From positions 1 to 64,000 of IMG/VR virus record IMGVR_UViG_2690315746_000001: DNA of 64,000 bases; one strand, given 5' to 3'. Below are positions 40,114 to 49,942 of this stretch, piece after piece. Position 1 is the stretch's first letter. Every line of letters starts with the position of its first letter. This DNA comes from a virus (lineage: Duplodnaviria > Caudoviricetes). The notes beneath the pieces were generated by a model. It saw only the letters and a program-made list of their open reading frames with translations, did no database searches and had not been told where the DNA came from. A program made the translations under genes and the position numbers.

Positions 40114-41679
40114 TCAGGGATTAGCGCGCCGCTGGTCGAGCATCGCGTGGGCCCGGCCGGACAGGTTCATGGCGGCGAGCCGCCGGGTCTGCTTCCGGTT
40201 CGTCGCGGTCGCGCGGGTGCGGTCCGGGCTCGCGGCGCGGCCGACGCTGTCCGTTTTCGGGGAGACGTCCTCGGGCTTCGCCTTGCCGTCCCCGCCGGCC
40301 GCCGCGGGCTCGACCGGAGTGAGGAAGCCGGTGCCCGAGAGCTTCGGGGCGCCGGGCGGCGGCAGGCGCTTGTAGACCTGGAGGTGGTACTCCACGTCGG
40401 TGATGAGCCCGTCCGAGAGGTCCTGGCGCAGACGCTGCGACCGGAGGGTGAGCTGGGGCTCCAGCTCGGTCCAGGGGCGCAGCTCGGCCGGATCGAACTC
40501 GACCCGGGCAAAGCCGGCGAAGCCCGACTGGTGCAGGATGAACGAGAACATCCGGGAGAGGAGGTCGGCCAGGGGCTCGTTGAGCTGGTCGGCGTAGAGC
40601 GCGGCGAGCCGCGCCTCGACCGAGCCCGTGTTCACGCCCGAGGAGCCGCGGCCGAGGATCGTGCTCATGGTCTTGAGCGCGGCCTGGTTCTGCGCGTTCA
40701 GCACGTCGATGATCGGCGTGATGTTGAGCGCGGTCCCGGGCGCCTTGTCGTTGAGCATGCTGATCTCGACCGCGTCCGAGTGGACGAGGCTCTGATCGAC
40801 CGCGATGTTGTCGAAGGCGGTCTGGATCTCGGCGAAGCGGGCGTTGATCCAGTCCTGGCGCGCCTGCTCCTGGCCCGGCTGCTTGAGGCTCGCCGGCATG
40901 TTCTTGAGGAGGATCTCCTCGAGCACCTTGATCTCGATACGCGGGTAGCCGGTCGCGCGCATGATCCGGTAGAGGTCGTTGATGACCTGCTGCCGGGCGG
41001 CAATCGTATTGATCGCCGAGACGAAGGGGCTGTAGGTGTAGATCGCGGTCGGGTCGCGCCGGTAGAACGCCACCATGAAGGCCGGCGTGTCGATCGGCAC
41101 CGGATCGGACTGGCCGGCCACGATCTGGCCCGGCTTGTACTCGCCCGGCTTCTTCTCGGTCCAGCGCAGCGACGCGACGTCCACGTTGCGCAGGTAGTCG
41201 GGCGTGCCGGCCTTGTCGAAGATCAGCTCGGCGCCGATGGCGCCGCGCATCAGCAGCATGTACCGCAGGTCCTGGCACTGCTGGTAGAAACCCTGCTTGA
41301 GCTGGAAGCCCATCGTGTAGTCGGTCTGGAACGAGAGCTTCGTCACCAGCTGCTGCAGCTCGCGGCTCTTCTCCTCGTCGACCTCGCCCTCGATCGTCTC
41401 GGCGTAGACGATCATCTGGGTGTCGGCGAGGGTGAGGTAGCCGTTCACGGTCCCGGACATGTCCGGGTCCTGCTGCATCATCGTGCGGATGATCGTCCGG
41501 CTGTCGTCGGCCAGGCGCGACTGGAAGATGTCGTCTTGGTGCTCCCGGTACTGGGGCACCGTCAGGACCTGGTCGGTCTGCTGGGGATTGAAGGTCGCCG
41601 TGTTCGACGTCCCGCCCGCCTTCGGCTTCTTCTTGAAGGGGACGATCGCCAGCAGCTTCGAGGTGATGTTGTCGGCCAC
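40114..41679 (-). CDS. Portal protein
   Basis: 521 aa directly after terminase; helical portal-like composition. Confidence 0.75.
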   Translation of the reverse strand: MADNITSKLLAIVPFKKKPKAGGTSNTATFNPQQTDQVLTVPQYREHQDDIFQSRLADDSRTIIRTMMQQDPDMSGTVNGYLTLADTQMIVYAETIEGEVDEEKSRELQQLVTKLSFQTDYTMGFQLKQGFYQQCQDLRYMLLMRGAIGAELIFDKAGTPDYLRNVDVASLRWTEKKPGEYKPGQIVAGQSDPVPIDTPAFMVAFYRRDPTAIYTYSPFVSAINTIAARQQVINDLYRIMRATGYPRIEIKVLEEILLKNMPASLKQPGQEQARQDWINARFAEIQTAFDNIAVDQSLVHSDAVEISMLNDKAPGTALNITPIIDVLNAQNQAALKTMSTILGRGSSGVNTGSVEARLAALYADQLNEPLADLLSRMFSFILHQSGFAGFARVEFDPAELRPWTELEPQLTLRSQRLRQDLSDGLITDVEYHLQVYKRLPPPGAPKLSGTGFLTPVEPAAAGGDGKAKPEDVSPKTDSVGRAASPDRTRATATNRKQTRRLAAMNLSGRAHAMLDQRRANP

Positions 41680-43391
41680 TAGCGAAGAACTCCGGCAAGG
41701 TCAGCGCCTCGAAATATGGGACGCCCGACCGGCTGGAACAACCTAGTTCCGCCTCCAATAAATACAGTTGATCTTTGTTCGGCCGAATACTCGATACCTG
41801 CTTTCAAACGAACGGCACTCTGCTGGAGCGCTGCGGCGTGCAGGAAGTGGTCGTCGCCGTTGATCTTGTTCCAGACCGGGGGCTCGTCCGGCGCCTCGAT
41901 GCGGATCATGTCGCGGAAGTGGGTCTTCACCAGGGAGGCGAAGGGGCCGTAGCCGGCGATCTGCCAGCTCCGGTTCCGGCACTGCTTGGCGACGAGGTCG
42001 AGGGCCTGGGTCCGGTTGATGGTGTAGTGGGTGATGACCTCGAACTCGTTCACCGCCTCCTTGATCGCGGGAGCGGTCTTCGAGGTCGAGTAGGCCATCG
42101 GCATGACGATGCCGTTCGTGGCGTCGCGGATCGCCTCGGCGGTCGGGGTGTAGGGGTACATGTCGATCGCCCCCTGCACGATGCCGAGGCTCTCGACCCG
42201 GCCCTTGATGAACTCCACGATCTCGGCCTGCGGGACCTGGTGGAATTCGAGCAGCGCGTTGGGCTTGCCGATGATGACGTGGCAGGTCTGGCCGACGTCG
42301 CAGCCGAGGAACAGGTCGTTCATCTGCAGCTCGCCCGGCTCGACCCGGCGCGGGTCCATGATCGCGACCAGATCCTCCTCCGAGATCCGGGCGTTGCTGT
42401 CGTTGAAGGCCTCCCCGATGACGGTGTTGTGCCACCCCTTCATGTTGTCCTTGCGCTGGTACTCCAGCAGCATGCGGAAGATGTAGGGGATGGTGATCGT
42501 CGCGATCGAGAACGGCCGGACCCGGTAACCGCGGGCGCGCCGGCTCGGGTATTCGGCGATCCACTCGCGATGGCCGCCGGCCAGGTCGAGCGGGCGCGAG
42601 CACTTCTCGCAGCGCACGTAGACCCCGTCCATGTCGATGGCGTCGACCTCCTCCTGGCCGAGCTTCGACAGGTCCTCGTGATCGCCCCTCAGCCCGGGCA
42701 GGCACATGAAGCGGGGGTGGAAGATCGGGACCTGGCGGTGCCCGCAGCCGCAGCGGATGAACCACTCGTGCTTGTCGGAGGCCTGGTAGGCCGCGTCGAT
42801 GCCGTAGCCGAGGTAGGTGGGCGTCGAGAAGCGCTGCGTGATCTTCCAGATCGAGCCCTGGAGGCGCGACTGGAAGAGCGAGCGCATGCTCTGGTCGGCG
42901 AGATCGACCTCGTCCTCGAACAGGATGTCGGCCGAGATCGAGGTCGCCTCGCCCTCGGTGGTGCCGGTGATGTAGCCGTAGCTCTCGTCGACCTGGTAGA
43001 GGCCCTTGTGCCGGACCGGCTTTGCCACGAGCGGGCCGTTGAAGATGGCCTCACCCTCGATCATGGTCTTGATGCGGGTCTGGGACAGACGATCGCGCAT
43101 CGGCAGCGTCGGCATCGAGAAGATGCCGGCCGTGCCGACGTTCCTCTTCAAGAAGCCGAAGAATTTGCGCATCTGAACTTCGGTCAGACCGATCTGCGAC
43201 AGCTTCATGCACGTCAGATCGGGGTGCATGTCGTCGACGATCTGGCGCTGGAACTCGAACCCCTTGAAGGAGAAGGGCCGCTGCCGGAGCTTGGTGTTGC
43301 GGATGATCCACTCCGACATCGCCATCAACGTGCTGTCGTCCGGGAAGCGCTCGTCGAGCCCCGCGAGGAAGTCGGTCAGGTGCGGGTTCAT
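41679..43391 (-). CDS. terL: Terminase large subunit (lambda GpA-like)
   Basis: KLSQIGLTE Walker A variant, LFEDEVD Walker B, FSTPT, Cys pairs, GCDVG nuclease Asp, DHFLHA. Confidence 0.9.
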   Translation of the reverse strand: MNPHLTDFLAGLDERFPDDSTLMAMSEWIIRNTKLRQRPFSFKGFEFQRQIVDDMHPDLTCMKLSQIGLTEVQMRKFFGFLKRNVGTAGIFSMPTLPMRDRLSQTRIKTMIEGEAIFNGPLVAKPVRHKGLYQVDESYGYITGTTEGEATSISADILFEDEVDLADQSMRSLFQSRLQGSIWKITQRFSTPTYLGYGIDAAYQASDKHEWFIRCGCGHRQVPIFHPRFMCLPGLRGDHEDLSKLGQEEVDAIDMDGVYVRCEKCSRPLDLAGGHREWIAEYPSRRARGYRVRPFSIATITIPYIFRMLLEYQRKDNMKGWHNTVIGEAFNDSNARISEEDLVAIMDPRRVEPGELQMNDLFLGCDVGQTCHVIIGKPNALLEFHQVPQAEIVEFIKGRVESLGIVQGAIDMYPYTPTAEAIRDATNGIVMPMAYSTSKTAPAIKEAVNEFEVITHYTINRTQALDLVAKQCRNRSWQIAGYGPFASLVKTHFRDMIRIEAPDEPPVWNKINGDDHFLHAAALQQSAVRLKAGIEYSAEQRSTVFIGGGTRLFQPVGRPIFRGADLAGVLR

Positions 43392-43642
43392 GGCGTCTGT
43401 CCCACTACGTGGCGGGCCCGGCGCCCGGGCGCGGACATCCCGGGGATGTCCGGTCCCTGCTCACGCATGTACGTTTCGTACATGCTGATTTCGGCAGCAT
43501 AATCAGGCATTTAGGTCCGCCAGTATTCGTCAGTCTTCCGGTATGTGGGGTCTCGGAGGGGTCCAGAAAAGCGGGATCAACTTCCGTACATCCCCGGGAT
43601 GTACGGCTTTCACCCGTCTGGAAAGTGAGGTAAGCCCCCACT
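43392..43642. promoter_or_regulatory. Divergent control region between late operon and replication operon
   Basis: Contains motif C (43433-43451, 43586-43604) and extended motif B palindrome (43465-43485). Confidence 0.65.
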
Positions 43643-44179
43643 ATGTACGGAGACCGCAGCCTTCCGAGCACGAAAATGAGAGATCGTACCTACCCTGCTC
43701 TTCCGCAATCCCTTGGCCTCATGCTCGAGGCCGTCCGGCAGCAGCTGGAGAGCGATCCGGGCTACCTCGTCGACCCCGCGTGCCCCTACCCGGAGCAGCT
43801 GCGCGACCTCCTGCGGCGCCTGGTCACCCGGCCGGAGCCCGGCGAGCCGGGTATGGAGGACCTGATCTTCCGCGCCGGGCAGACGGAAGGCGAGCAGGCT
43901 GATAGCCTGATCGAGGAGGTGCAGAACGCCATCAACTCCATGAAGCGGCTGCAGCGGGACATTGACGCGAGCGATGATGTCGGCGACCGCCTCGCATTCC
44001 TCAAGAATTACGGCGCCCTGATGGATCGCTTCCTCAGTCTCAAGGAGAAAGCCAACGGCATCAAGCAGATGTATGACTTCCAGCGACTTGTGATCGGGGT
44101 AATGGAGCAGGTTCTGGACAAGGACGGGCGTCTCGATTTCAAAGAACGGCTGAAAGCCGCGAATATCGCAGTCGATTAA
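43643..44179 (+). CDS. Hypothetical helical protein (possible terminase small subunit or regulator)
   Basis: Good ORF divergent from terL; function is a guess. Confidence 0.6.
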   Translation: MYGDRSLPSTKMRDRTYPALPQSLGLMLEAVRQQLESDPGYLVDPACPYPEQLRDLLRRLVTRPEPGEPGMEDLIFRAGQTEGEQADSLIEEVQNAINSMKRLQRDIDASDDVGDRLAFLKNYGALMDRFLSLKEKANGIKQMYDFQRLVIGVMEQVLDKDGRLDFKERLKAANIAVD

Positions 44180-44210
44180 TTTTGCCCTCCTCACGGTGTA
44201 CGAAACGTAC

Positions 44211-44300
44211 ATGTCCCACCAGCTCCGACAGCTCATCTGGCTGACGATGGCCTTCCTGACGGCCTCCCTCATCCAGGACGTGATCAAGCTCGCATTCTAG
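44211..44300 (+). CDS. 29-aa hydrophobic peptide MSHQLRQLIWLTMAFLTASLIQDVIKLAF
   Basis: Fills intergenic gap; ATG directly after motif B; GC3-rich codons. Confidence 0.45.
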   Translation: MSHQLRQLIWLTMAFLTASLIQDVIKLAF

Positions 44301-44320
44301 AAGACCAAGGGGTGTACTAA

Positions 44321-46831
44321 GTGTCCGACACTACGTCCGAAACAATCTTCGCTGACCACTGCGACCGATACTGGGAGGCCGGCCTCCCAGTCATGCCGCT
44401 GCAGCCGAAGGACAAGAAGCCGGTCGTGCTGCAGTGGCAGCAGCTGCAGTCGCGCATGCCGAACGAGGCGGAGCGGATGTCCTGGCGGGTGTTCCACCGC
44501 CACGGCAACATCGGCCTGCCGCTCGGGCCCCAGTCCGGGCTCGTCGCGATCGACATCGACACGGATGACCCGAAGATCCTGGGCATCCTCGACCGCATCC
44601 TCCCGCCCTCGCCGTGGAAGCGCATCGGCCAGAAGGGCAAGGTGCTGGTCTACCGCTACGACGGCCAGCCGATCGTCCGCATCAAGTACCGCGACGGGGA
44701 GGGCAAGATGCAGTCCCTCGTCGAGATGCTCGGCGCGGGCTCGCAGATCGTGCTGCCGCCCTCGATCCACCCGAAGACCGGCAAGCCCTACTACGCCAAC
44801 TGCGAGCTGCTCGACGTCGTCGACCGGGTGCATCCGCTGCCCCCGAACATCGACCAGATGTTGCGGGACGCGCTCACGCAGGCCGGCTACCAGCTCGGCT
44901 CGAACAACTTCGGCGCCGTCACCGACTACGTCTCGACCGGCAACCGCGACAACACCGTGGTGTCGATGGCCGGCCTGTTCGCCCGCGACGTGCTGCGCGG
45001 CGAGAAGACCCTGCTCGAGGCCTGCCAGCAGATCGAGGTCGCGATCGGCCAGTTCATGGCCAAGACCTACGGCGACAACATCGACCCGGCGAAGGGCCCC
45101 CAGAAGCTCATCGAGTTCCTGATCCGCGATGTGACGGGCCCGAAGGCCCGCGCGCTGCCGAAGGGCTGGGACGAGGGCATCTCCGCCGAGCAGCGCGAGG
45201 CCTGGGGCCTCGAGGCGTTCTCGTCCGACAACGAGACCTGGGACGCCAAGCAGATCCGGGAATACTTCAACGCCCACATCGAGAAGGCCGGCGTCAAGGA
45301 CAGCCCCGACGCCTTCACCGGCGTGGTGAAGCAGGCGCTCCAGAAGATCGCCTCGAACCCGAACCTCGAGCCGATCGAGGAGGACCAGCTCCTCAACTAC
45401 ATGGCGTCGGTCTCGGGCAAGAAGATGACCGTGGCGTCGGTGCGCCGCCAGCTCGTGCAGCTGCGCGCCGGCCCGATCGCCGGCGCCAACCACGCGGAGA
45501 TCGCCGAGGCCGCGGCCCGGGACCTCGTCGAGCTGGGCGGCGAGATCCGCTACCACCAGGAGGCCCTGTGGCAGTGGCGCGGCTCGTCCTGGGTCCGCAT
45601 GGACGAGGGCGACGTCCTCAAGCACATCATCGAGGAGTACGGGGCCTACAAGGCCGCGACCCGGGCGAGCGATCACCAGGGCATCCTGAAGACGATCCGC
45701 GGGCTGAAGAAGGCCCCGCTGCAGCAGCGCGCCCAGGCCGGCATCAACTTCGTCAACGGGTTCCTGACCGAGGACCTCGAGCTGCTCGACCACCATCCCG
45801 ATTTCGGGATGACCTACACCCTGCCCTACCCCTACAAGCCCGAGCTGGCCGGCAAATGCGTGCGCTGGCAGCGCATGCTGCTCGACTACTGGGGCGACGA
45901 CCCGGATTACGGCGAGAAGGTCGCGGCGCTCGGCCAGGTGATGGCGCTCACGCTGTTCGGCAAGATGACCGAGGCCCAGACGGCGGTGTGCCTCTACGGG
46001 GTCGGCCACTCGGGCAAGAGCCGGGTGATGGAGATCGTCCAGGCCCTGATGCCGGCCGAGGCCTCCACCTCGCTCCCGCCGACCATGTGGGGCGACAAGT
46101 TCGGGCCGGCGCAGCTCGTCGGCAAGCTCCTGAACTTCGCGGGCGAGCTGTCCGAGCATCAGCTCATCGACAGCGCGAAGTTCAAGCAGATCATCGCGGG
46201 CGAGGTGATCGACGCGCAGGAGAAGAACAAGCCGCTCTTCACGTTCCGGCCCAAGGCCGCGCACTGGTTCGCGAGCAACCACACCCCGAAGACCCGGGAC
46301 AGCTCGGACGGCTTCACGCGCCGCTGGCTCTTCCTCTGCTTCACGAAGGCGTTCCCGAAGGACGAGCGCCGGGTCCACGAGTACCACAAGATCGTCATCT
46401 CGGAGGAGCGCGAGGCCATCGCCGCCTGGGCGGTGCATCACATGGTGCAGCTGCGCAGCCAGAACTTCAGCATCACCGAGCCGGTCTCGTCGATCGAGAC
46501 CAAGGAGATGCTCGAGAACGAGCTGAACACCGTCCGGGATTTTTTGGTGGCCTTCAGGGATCGGGGCTGGCTGAACCTGGGGGTCGAGGCGCATGCGAAC
46601 CAGTCCGACCAAGACAACTACACCACTTTCACCATCCTCTGGACCGAGTACAAGAATTTCTGTCTCGGTCAGAGTGCCTCGCCTGTTGGATCGAAGGTGC
46701 TCGCAAAGCGTATGCAGCACCTCCAGGGGCAGTTCGGGTTCAAGGTGGACAAGATTTCTGGACCTGCGGGCCATCCGATCCAGGTTTTCAGGTACATCAC
46801 ACTTGCAGCGAGCAGAAGGGCTGCTGCGTAA
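44321..46831 (+). CDS. Bifunctional Prim-Pol primase / D5-like SF3 helicase
   Basis: GLPVMPL...KKP...NIGL...IDID...PPSIHP; Walker A GVGHSGKS; FASNH...RRW. Confidence 0.92.
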   Translation: MSDTTSETIFADHCDRYWEAGLPVMPLQPKDKKPVVLQWQQLQSRMPNEAERMSWRVFHRHGNIGLPLGPQSGLVAIDIDTDDPKILGILDRILPPSPWKRIGQKGKVLVYRYDGQPIVRIKYRDGEGKMQSLVEMLGAGSQIVLPPSIHPKTGKPYYANCELLDVVDRVHPLPPNIDQMLRDALTQAGYQLGSNNFGAVTDYVSTGNRDNTVVSMAGLFARDVLRGEKTLLEACQQIEVAIGQFMAKTYGDNIDPAKGPQKLIEFLIRDVTGPKARALPKGWDEGISAEQREAWGLEAFSSDNETWDAKQIREYFNAHIEKAGVKDSPDAFTGVVKQALQKIASNPNLEPIEEDQLLNYMASVSGKKMTVASVRRQLVQLRAGPIAGANHAEIAEAAARDLVELGGEIRYHQEALWQWRGSSWVRMDEGDVLKHIIEEYGAYKAATRASDHQGILKTIRGLKKAPLQQRAQAGINFVNGFLTEDLELLDHHPDFGMTYTLPYPYKPELAGKCVRWQRMLLDYWGDDPDYGEKVAALGQVMALTLFGKMTEAQTAVCLYGVGHSGKSRVMEIVQALMPAEASTSLPPTMWGDKFGPAQLVGKLLNFAGELSEHQLIDSAKFKQIIAGEVIDAQEKNKPLFTFRPKAAHWFASNHTPKTRDSSDGFTRRWLFLCFTKAFPKDERRVHEYHKIVISEEREAIAAWAVHHMVQLRSQNFSITEPVSSIETKEMLENELNTVRDFLVAFRDRGWLNLGVEAHANQSDQDNYTTFTILWTEYKNFCLGQSASPVGSKVLAKRMQHLQGQFGFKVDKISGPAGHPIQVFRYITLAASRRAAA

Positions 46832-46904
46832 CTATCCCTAAACACATCTGGGAGCGGATCTACGCTACCCGACAACTGGCGCGCTGGAAGAGGAAAACGG
46901 GCTG

Positions 46905-47195
46905 ATGCTTACCGAAAGAGACCTGTACGGTTCGGACAACCCAACGATGCTGCTCTCGAGCCGATGCCGGACGCTGCCGGTGCCGGGCGCGACGATGACC
47001 TGCACGGTCGCCGAGCCGGCGGAGCCGGTCACCCTCGAGACGGTGGCCGCCGCGCTCGACGCGCTGACCGAGCAGCTGCCCCCGAACCCCCCTCCCCTCT
47101 TCGACCCGGACCGGGTGCTGATCTACGTGCCGCCCGGCGAGGACGCGGCCGAGGCCGCGCGGCGCTACCTGCGCTGGACCTGGGGCGCCCGCTGA
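46905..47195 (+). CDS. Hypothetical protein
   Basis: ORF in coupled series. Confidence 0.5.
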   Translation: MLTERDLYGSDNPTMLLSSRCRTLPVPGATMTCTVAEPAEPVTLETVAAALDALTEQLPPNPPPLFDPDRVLIYVPPGEDAAEAARRYLRWTWGAR

Positions 47196-47428
47196 TGCCC
47201 GTCTTCGAGATCCAGGCCCGCCTGTCGCGCCGCTCCCTCCGCAACCGCTCCCGGCGCCGCCTGGTCGAGCTGAGCGACATGCTCCACTACGAGGAGGGGC
47301 TGCTGCGCCAGGGCCTCCACGCCCGATCGGTGAAGGACCAGCCGAAGGACCAGCTGATCGACCGCGTCATGGACCAGCTCGAGCGGAACGCCCGGCTGCG
47401 CGACCGCCTGGAGGCCGCCCGTGGGTGA
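47195..47428 (+). CDS. Hypothetical protein (MPVFEIQARL...)
   Basis: TGATG coupling. Confidence 0.55.
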   Translation: MPVFEIQARLSRRSLRNRSRRRLVELSDMLHYEEGLLRQGLHARSVKDQPKDQLIDRVMDQLERNARLRDRLEAARG

Positions 47429-47876
47429 GCACCAGATCCCTCCCCGCTTCGATCACGGCGCCGCCTACGCGCAAGGCGTGCGCTCCCTGGCCACCTGGCG
47501 CCAGATCCAGGAGATCGCCGCCCGGTGCCTTGCGGCTCACATGCGCGGCGAGCGCGTTGTCCTGACGGCCAACGGCCAAGTGCTGGCCGAGATCGACCCT
47601 CCGCAGGTCGACGGATTGATGCAACATGGAAGCAATACCAAATCAATATTGAAAAAGGATGGAGACGAGATGGAAAAGCGCATGGACGACTTCGGCAGCC
47701 GGCTGCTCGGCGCCTCGGTCGGCGATGTCGACCGCCGGCAGGGAGGCATCCTCGAGACCCGGGCCCGGGTGACCGACGAGATGGTGCAGCGGGCGCTCCG
47801 CGAAGGCGAGCGGTGGGGCAACCCCTTGGGCGGGGCCGCCATCCGCGCCATGTTAGAGGCGGCTCTTCGCGGCTGA
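47421..47876 (+). CDS. Hypothetical protein
   Basis: Overlapping start; carries an internal 11-bp array. Confidence 0.5.
   Translation: MGEHQIPPRFDHGAAYAQGVRSLATWRQIQEIAARCLAAHMRGERVVLTANGQVLAEIDPPQVDGLMQHGSNTKSILKKDGDEMEKRMDDFGSRLLGASVGDVDRRQGGILETRARVTDEMVQRALREGERWGNPLGGAAIRAMLEAALRG
47618..47677. repeat. 11-bp-period array (motif D)
   Basis: GATGC AACATG GAAGC AATACC AAATC AATATT GAAAA AGGATG GAGAC GAGATG GAAAA. Confidence 0.65.
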
Positions 47877-47910
47877 CGCGGATTGTACGAAACGGACAGG
47901 ACACGGACCC

Positions 47911-48228
47911 ATGGCACGACACGCACACGAGCTGGCCGCGGCCGGCGAGCCCCGCTGGGAGGCGCGGCTGGACAAGGACCTGGTGATGGTCAAGGACCTC
48001 GCCTCCGGCGAGGAGGTCCAGGCGACCGCCTACACCACGGACGGCGACACGCTGAGCTTCGCGCTCCCCGGTGAGGGCCTGCGCCACCTCCGGCTCGGCG
48101 AGCCCGGCTACGACGCCTTCCGCGCGGTGCTCGACAAGAGCGCGCTCAAGGCCGAGAGCGAGGCTCCGGCGGTGAAGCCGGCCCCGAAGGGCTCCTCGAA
48201 GCCGGCGACCGAGAAGCCGGCGGCCTGA
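47911..48228 (+). CDS. Hypothetical protein
   Basis: AGGA RBS, followed by terminator. Confidence 0.65.
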   Translation: MARHAHELAAAGEPRWEARLDKDLVMVKDLASGEEVQATAYTTDGDTLSFALPGEGLRHLRLGEPGYDAFRAVLDKSALKAESEAPAVKPAPKGSSKPATEKPAA

Positions 48229-48251
48229 TCGGGCCGAAAATCGAGACGGAG

Positions 48252-48274
48252 AAGGGCCCTGCGGGGCCCTTTTT
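48252..48274 (+). terminator. Intrinsic terminator
   Basis: AAGGGCCC-TGCG-GGGCCCTT followed by TTT. Confidence 0.75.
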
Positions 48275-48340
48275 CATATTGAAATCACGTTGTTTCGGAG
48301 TGGAAACGATGTGATTTCGAGGTGGAAACCACCTCGAATG
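48275..48340. repeat. 11-bp-period array (motif D), candidate centromere
   Basis: CATATTGAAAT CACGTTGTTTC GGAGTGGAAAC GATGTGATTTC GAGGTGGAAAC CACCTCGAATG, between two convergent terminators. Confidence 0.7.
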
Positions 48341-48375
48341 AGCCATTTTAGCCCAAAATCAGCCGTTCTGGCACG

Positions 48376-48415
48376 AAAAAGCCCTCCGAGCCGGGGGTGC
48401 GACGGCTCGGAGGGC
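48376..48415 (-). terminator. Intrinsic terminator
   Basis: 14-bp stem AGCCCTCCGAGCCG/CGGCTCGGAGGGCT with T-tract on the minus strand. Confidence 0.75.
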
Positions 48416-48463
48416 TCAGGGAGATCGTGTTGGACCGATACTACTCCCAGTAGGTGGGGTCGG

Positions 48464-48724
48464 TCAGACCGGCGTGCAATGGGCCGGGCGGCACGAGCGC
48501 TTGATCGGCTTCAGGCCCTCGCCGCGGGCCTCCTCGGTGTCGATGAAGATCGAGTGGCCCTTCGAGCCGGCGACGCCGCCGTAGCGGACCCCGACCACCT
48601 TCGCCTTCACGGGCCCGGCGGCGCGCGGGTTGTCGATGGTGACCTCGCGGCCCTCGGGGAAGCGGGCCTTCAGGTCCTCGAAGTTCAGCGGGCGGGGGCG
48701 GGGATTGGTGCTGGCGGCGGGCAA
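48464..48724 (-). CDS. Hypothetical small beta-rich protein
   Basis: GGAGA RBS plus TTG start, typical codon usage, downstream terminator. Confidence 0.55.
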   Translation of the reverse strand: MPAASTNPRPRPLNFEDLKARFPEGREVTIDNPRAAGPVKAKVVGVRYGGVAGSKGHSIFIDTEEARGEGLKPIKRSCRPAHCTPV

Positions 48725-48869
48725 GGGTCGTCTCCGGGGACGAGGGGAGGGGAGGGAAACTACTAGCAGTTTGCCCCCTGAAGATGGTACGGATCGTACA
48801 GCATGCAAGAGCCTCGGACGCGAAAGTTCCCCTTGACTTCCGTGCGCAGTTCCCGGCAACTTCCGTCCG

Positions 48870-48929
48870 AGATCCACGTTGTATCAATATTGAAACGACG
48901 TTGTAACAACCCCGACACCAGATGGACGA
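48870..48929. promoter_or_regulatory. 11-bp-period array over the parA upstream region (operator/centromere)
   Basis: AGATC CACGTT GTATC AATATT GAAAC GACGTT GTAAC AACCCC GACAC CAGATG GACGA, ending just before the ATG at 48942. Confidence 0.7.
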
Positions 48930-48941
48930 GGGCAGGGTGCG

Positions 48942-49604
48942 ATGATCGTGCTGTTCGGGCACACGAAGGGCGGGGTCGGCAAGACGACCTGCGCCGTACA
49001 GACAGCCATCGCCCGCGCGCGGGCCGGGCGCAAGGTGTGGCTGGTCGACGGGGACCCGCAGGGCTCCTCCATGGCGGCGATCCAGCTGCGCGCCGATGCC
49101 GGGGTGGTCCCGGAGATCGCCTGCTCGCTGTTCTCGGACAGCAAGCAGTTCAAGCAGCAGGTCCGGCTGCAGAAGGACGCCTTCGAGGACGTGATCCTCG
49201 ACGTCGGCGGCCGGGACACCGACACGCTACGCTTCGGGCTGATGATGGCCGACGTGGCCGTGGTGCCGTTCGCGCCGATGAGCCTCGACCTGTGGGCGAT
49301 GCACGACATGGCGAAGGCCGTGGAGAGCGTGACCGACGTGCGCGACGGCCTGGTCACCCTGGCGGTCATGAACCGGGCCGAGCCGCGCGAGCGGTCGGCG
49401 GACAATGCCGAGGCCGCGGAGGCGGTGCGCGGGATCTCGACGTTCCGCTACCTCGAGGCGCCGCTGGTGAGCCGGAAGGCCTTCAGCGCCGCCACCGGCG
49501 CGGGGCTCGGCGTGATGGAGATGCCGAACCCGGACAAGAAGGCGGTAGCCGAGCTGGACCGGCTGATCGCGTCCGTGTTTGCTGCCCATACCGTGGAGGC
49601 GTGA
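48942..49604 (+). CDS. parA: ParA family partition ATPase (short type Ib)
   Basis: KGGVGKTT, LVDGDPQGS, VILDVGG; no N-terminal HTH. Confidence 0.93.
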   Translation: MIVLFGHTKGGVGKTTCAVQTAIARARAGRKVWLVDGDPQGSSMAAIQLRADAGVVPEIACSLFSDSKQFKQQVRLQKDAFEDVILDVGGRDTDTLRFGLMMADVAVVPFAPMSLDLWAMHDMAKAVESVTDVRDGLVTLAVMNRAEPRERSADNAEAAEAVRGISTFRYLEAPLVSRKAFSAATGAGLGVMEMPNPDKKAVAELDRLIASVFAAHTVEA

Positions 49605-49605
49605 G

Positions 49606-49941
49606 ATGGCGCTGACGACCAAGAAGCCGATGATCCAGGACAGCGCGGCGGCGCCCCGGAAGAAGCTGCCGCACGAGCTGACCGACGAGGACTTCGAGAA
49701 GGTCACCGTCGCCGGCCGCGGCGGCGGCCCGGCTGCGGCGCCGGCTCAGCCGGCGGTCGAGGAGAAGCCGAAGGGCGTGAAGATGGGCAACAAGCGCCAG
49801 ATCAGCCACACGATCACGGCCGAGGACCTCGCCGAGGCCGATCGGTGGGCCAAGCGCCTCGGGCTCGGCCGGGCCGGCTTCATCAACATGGCCATCGCCG
49901 AGAAGACAGCGCGCCTGCGGGCCGAGATCGAGCCCAAATAG
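49606..49941 (+). CDS. Ribbon-helix-helix centromere-binding partner of ParA
   Basis: Disordered N-terminus, then QISHTI beta strand and helix-GLGRAGFINMAI; adjacent to parA. Confidence 0.75.
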   Translation: MALTTKKPMIQDSAAAPRKKLPHELTDEDFEKVTVAGRGGGPAAAPAQPAVEEKPKGVKMGNKRQISHTITAEDLAEADRWAKRLGLGRAGFINMAIAEKTARLRAEIEPK

Positions 49942-49942
49942 T

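Noticed and set aside
2909-46774. Many long ORFs antisense or frame-shifted to real genes (e.g. 2909-5110, 17450-21187, 20278-23235, 36917-38881, 41775-43502, 44297-46774)
   Set aside because: Shadow ORFs expected in ~70% GC DNA with strong GC3 bias; Arg/Gly/Pro-rich and no family motifs.
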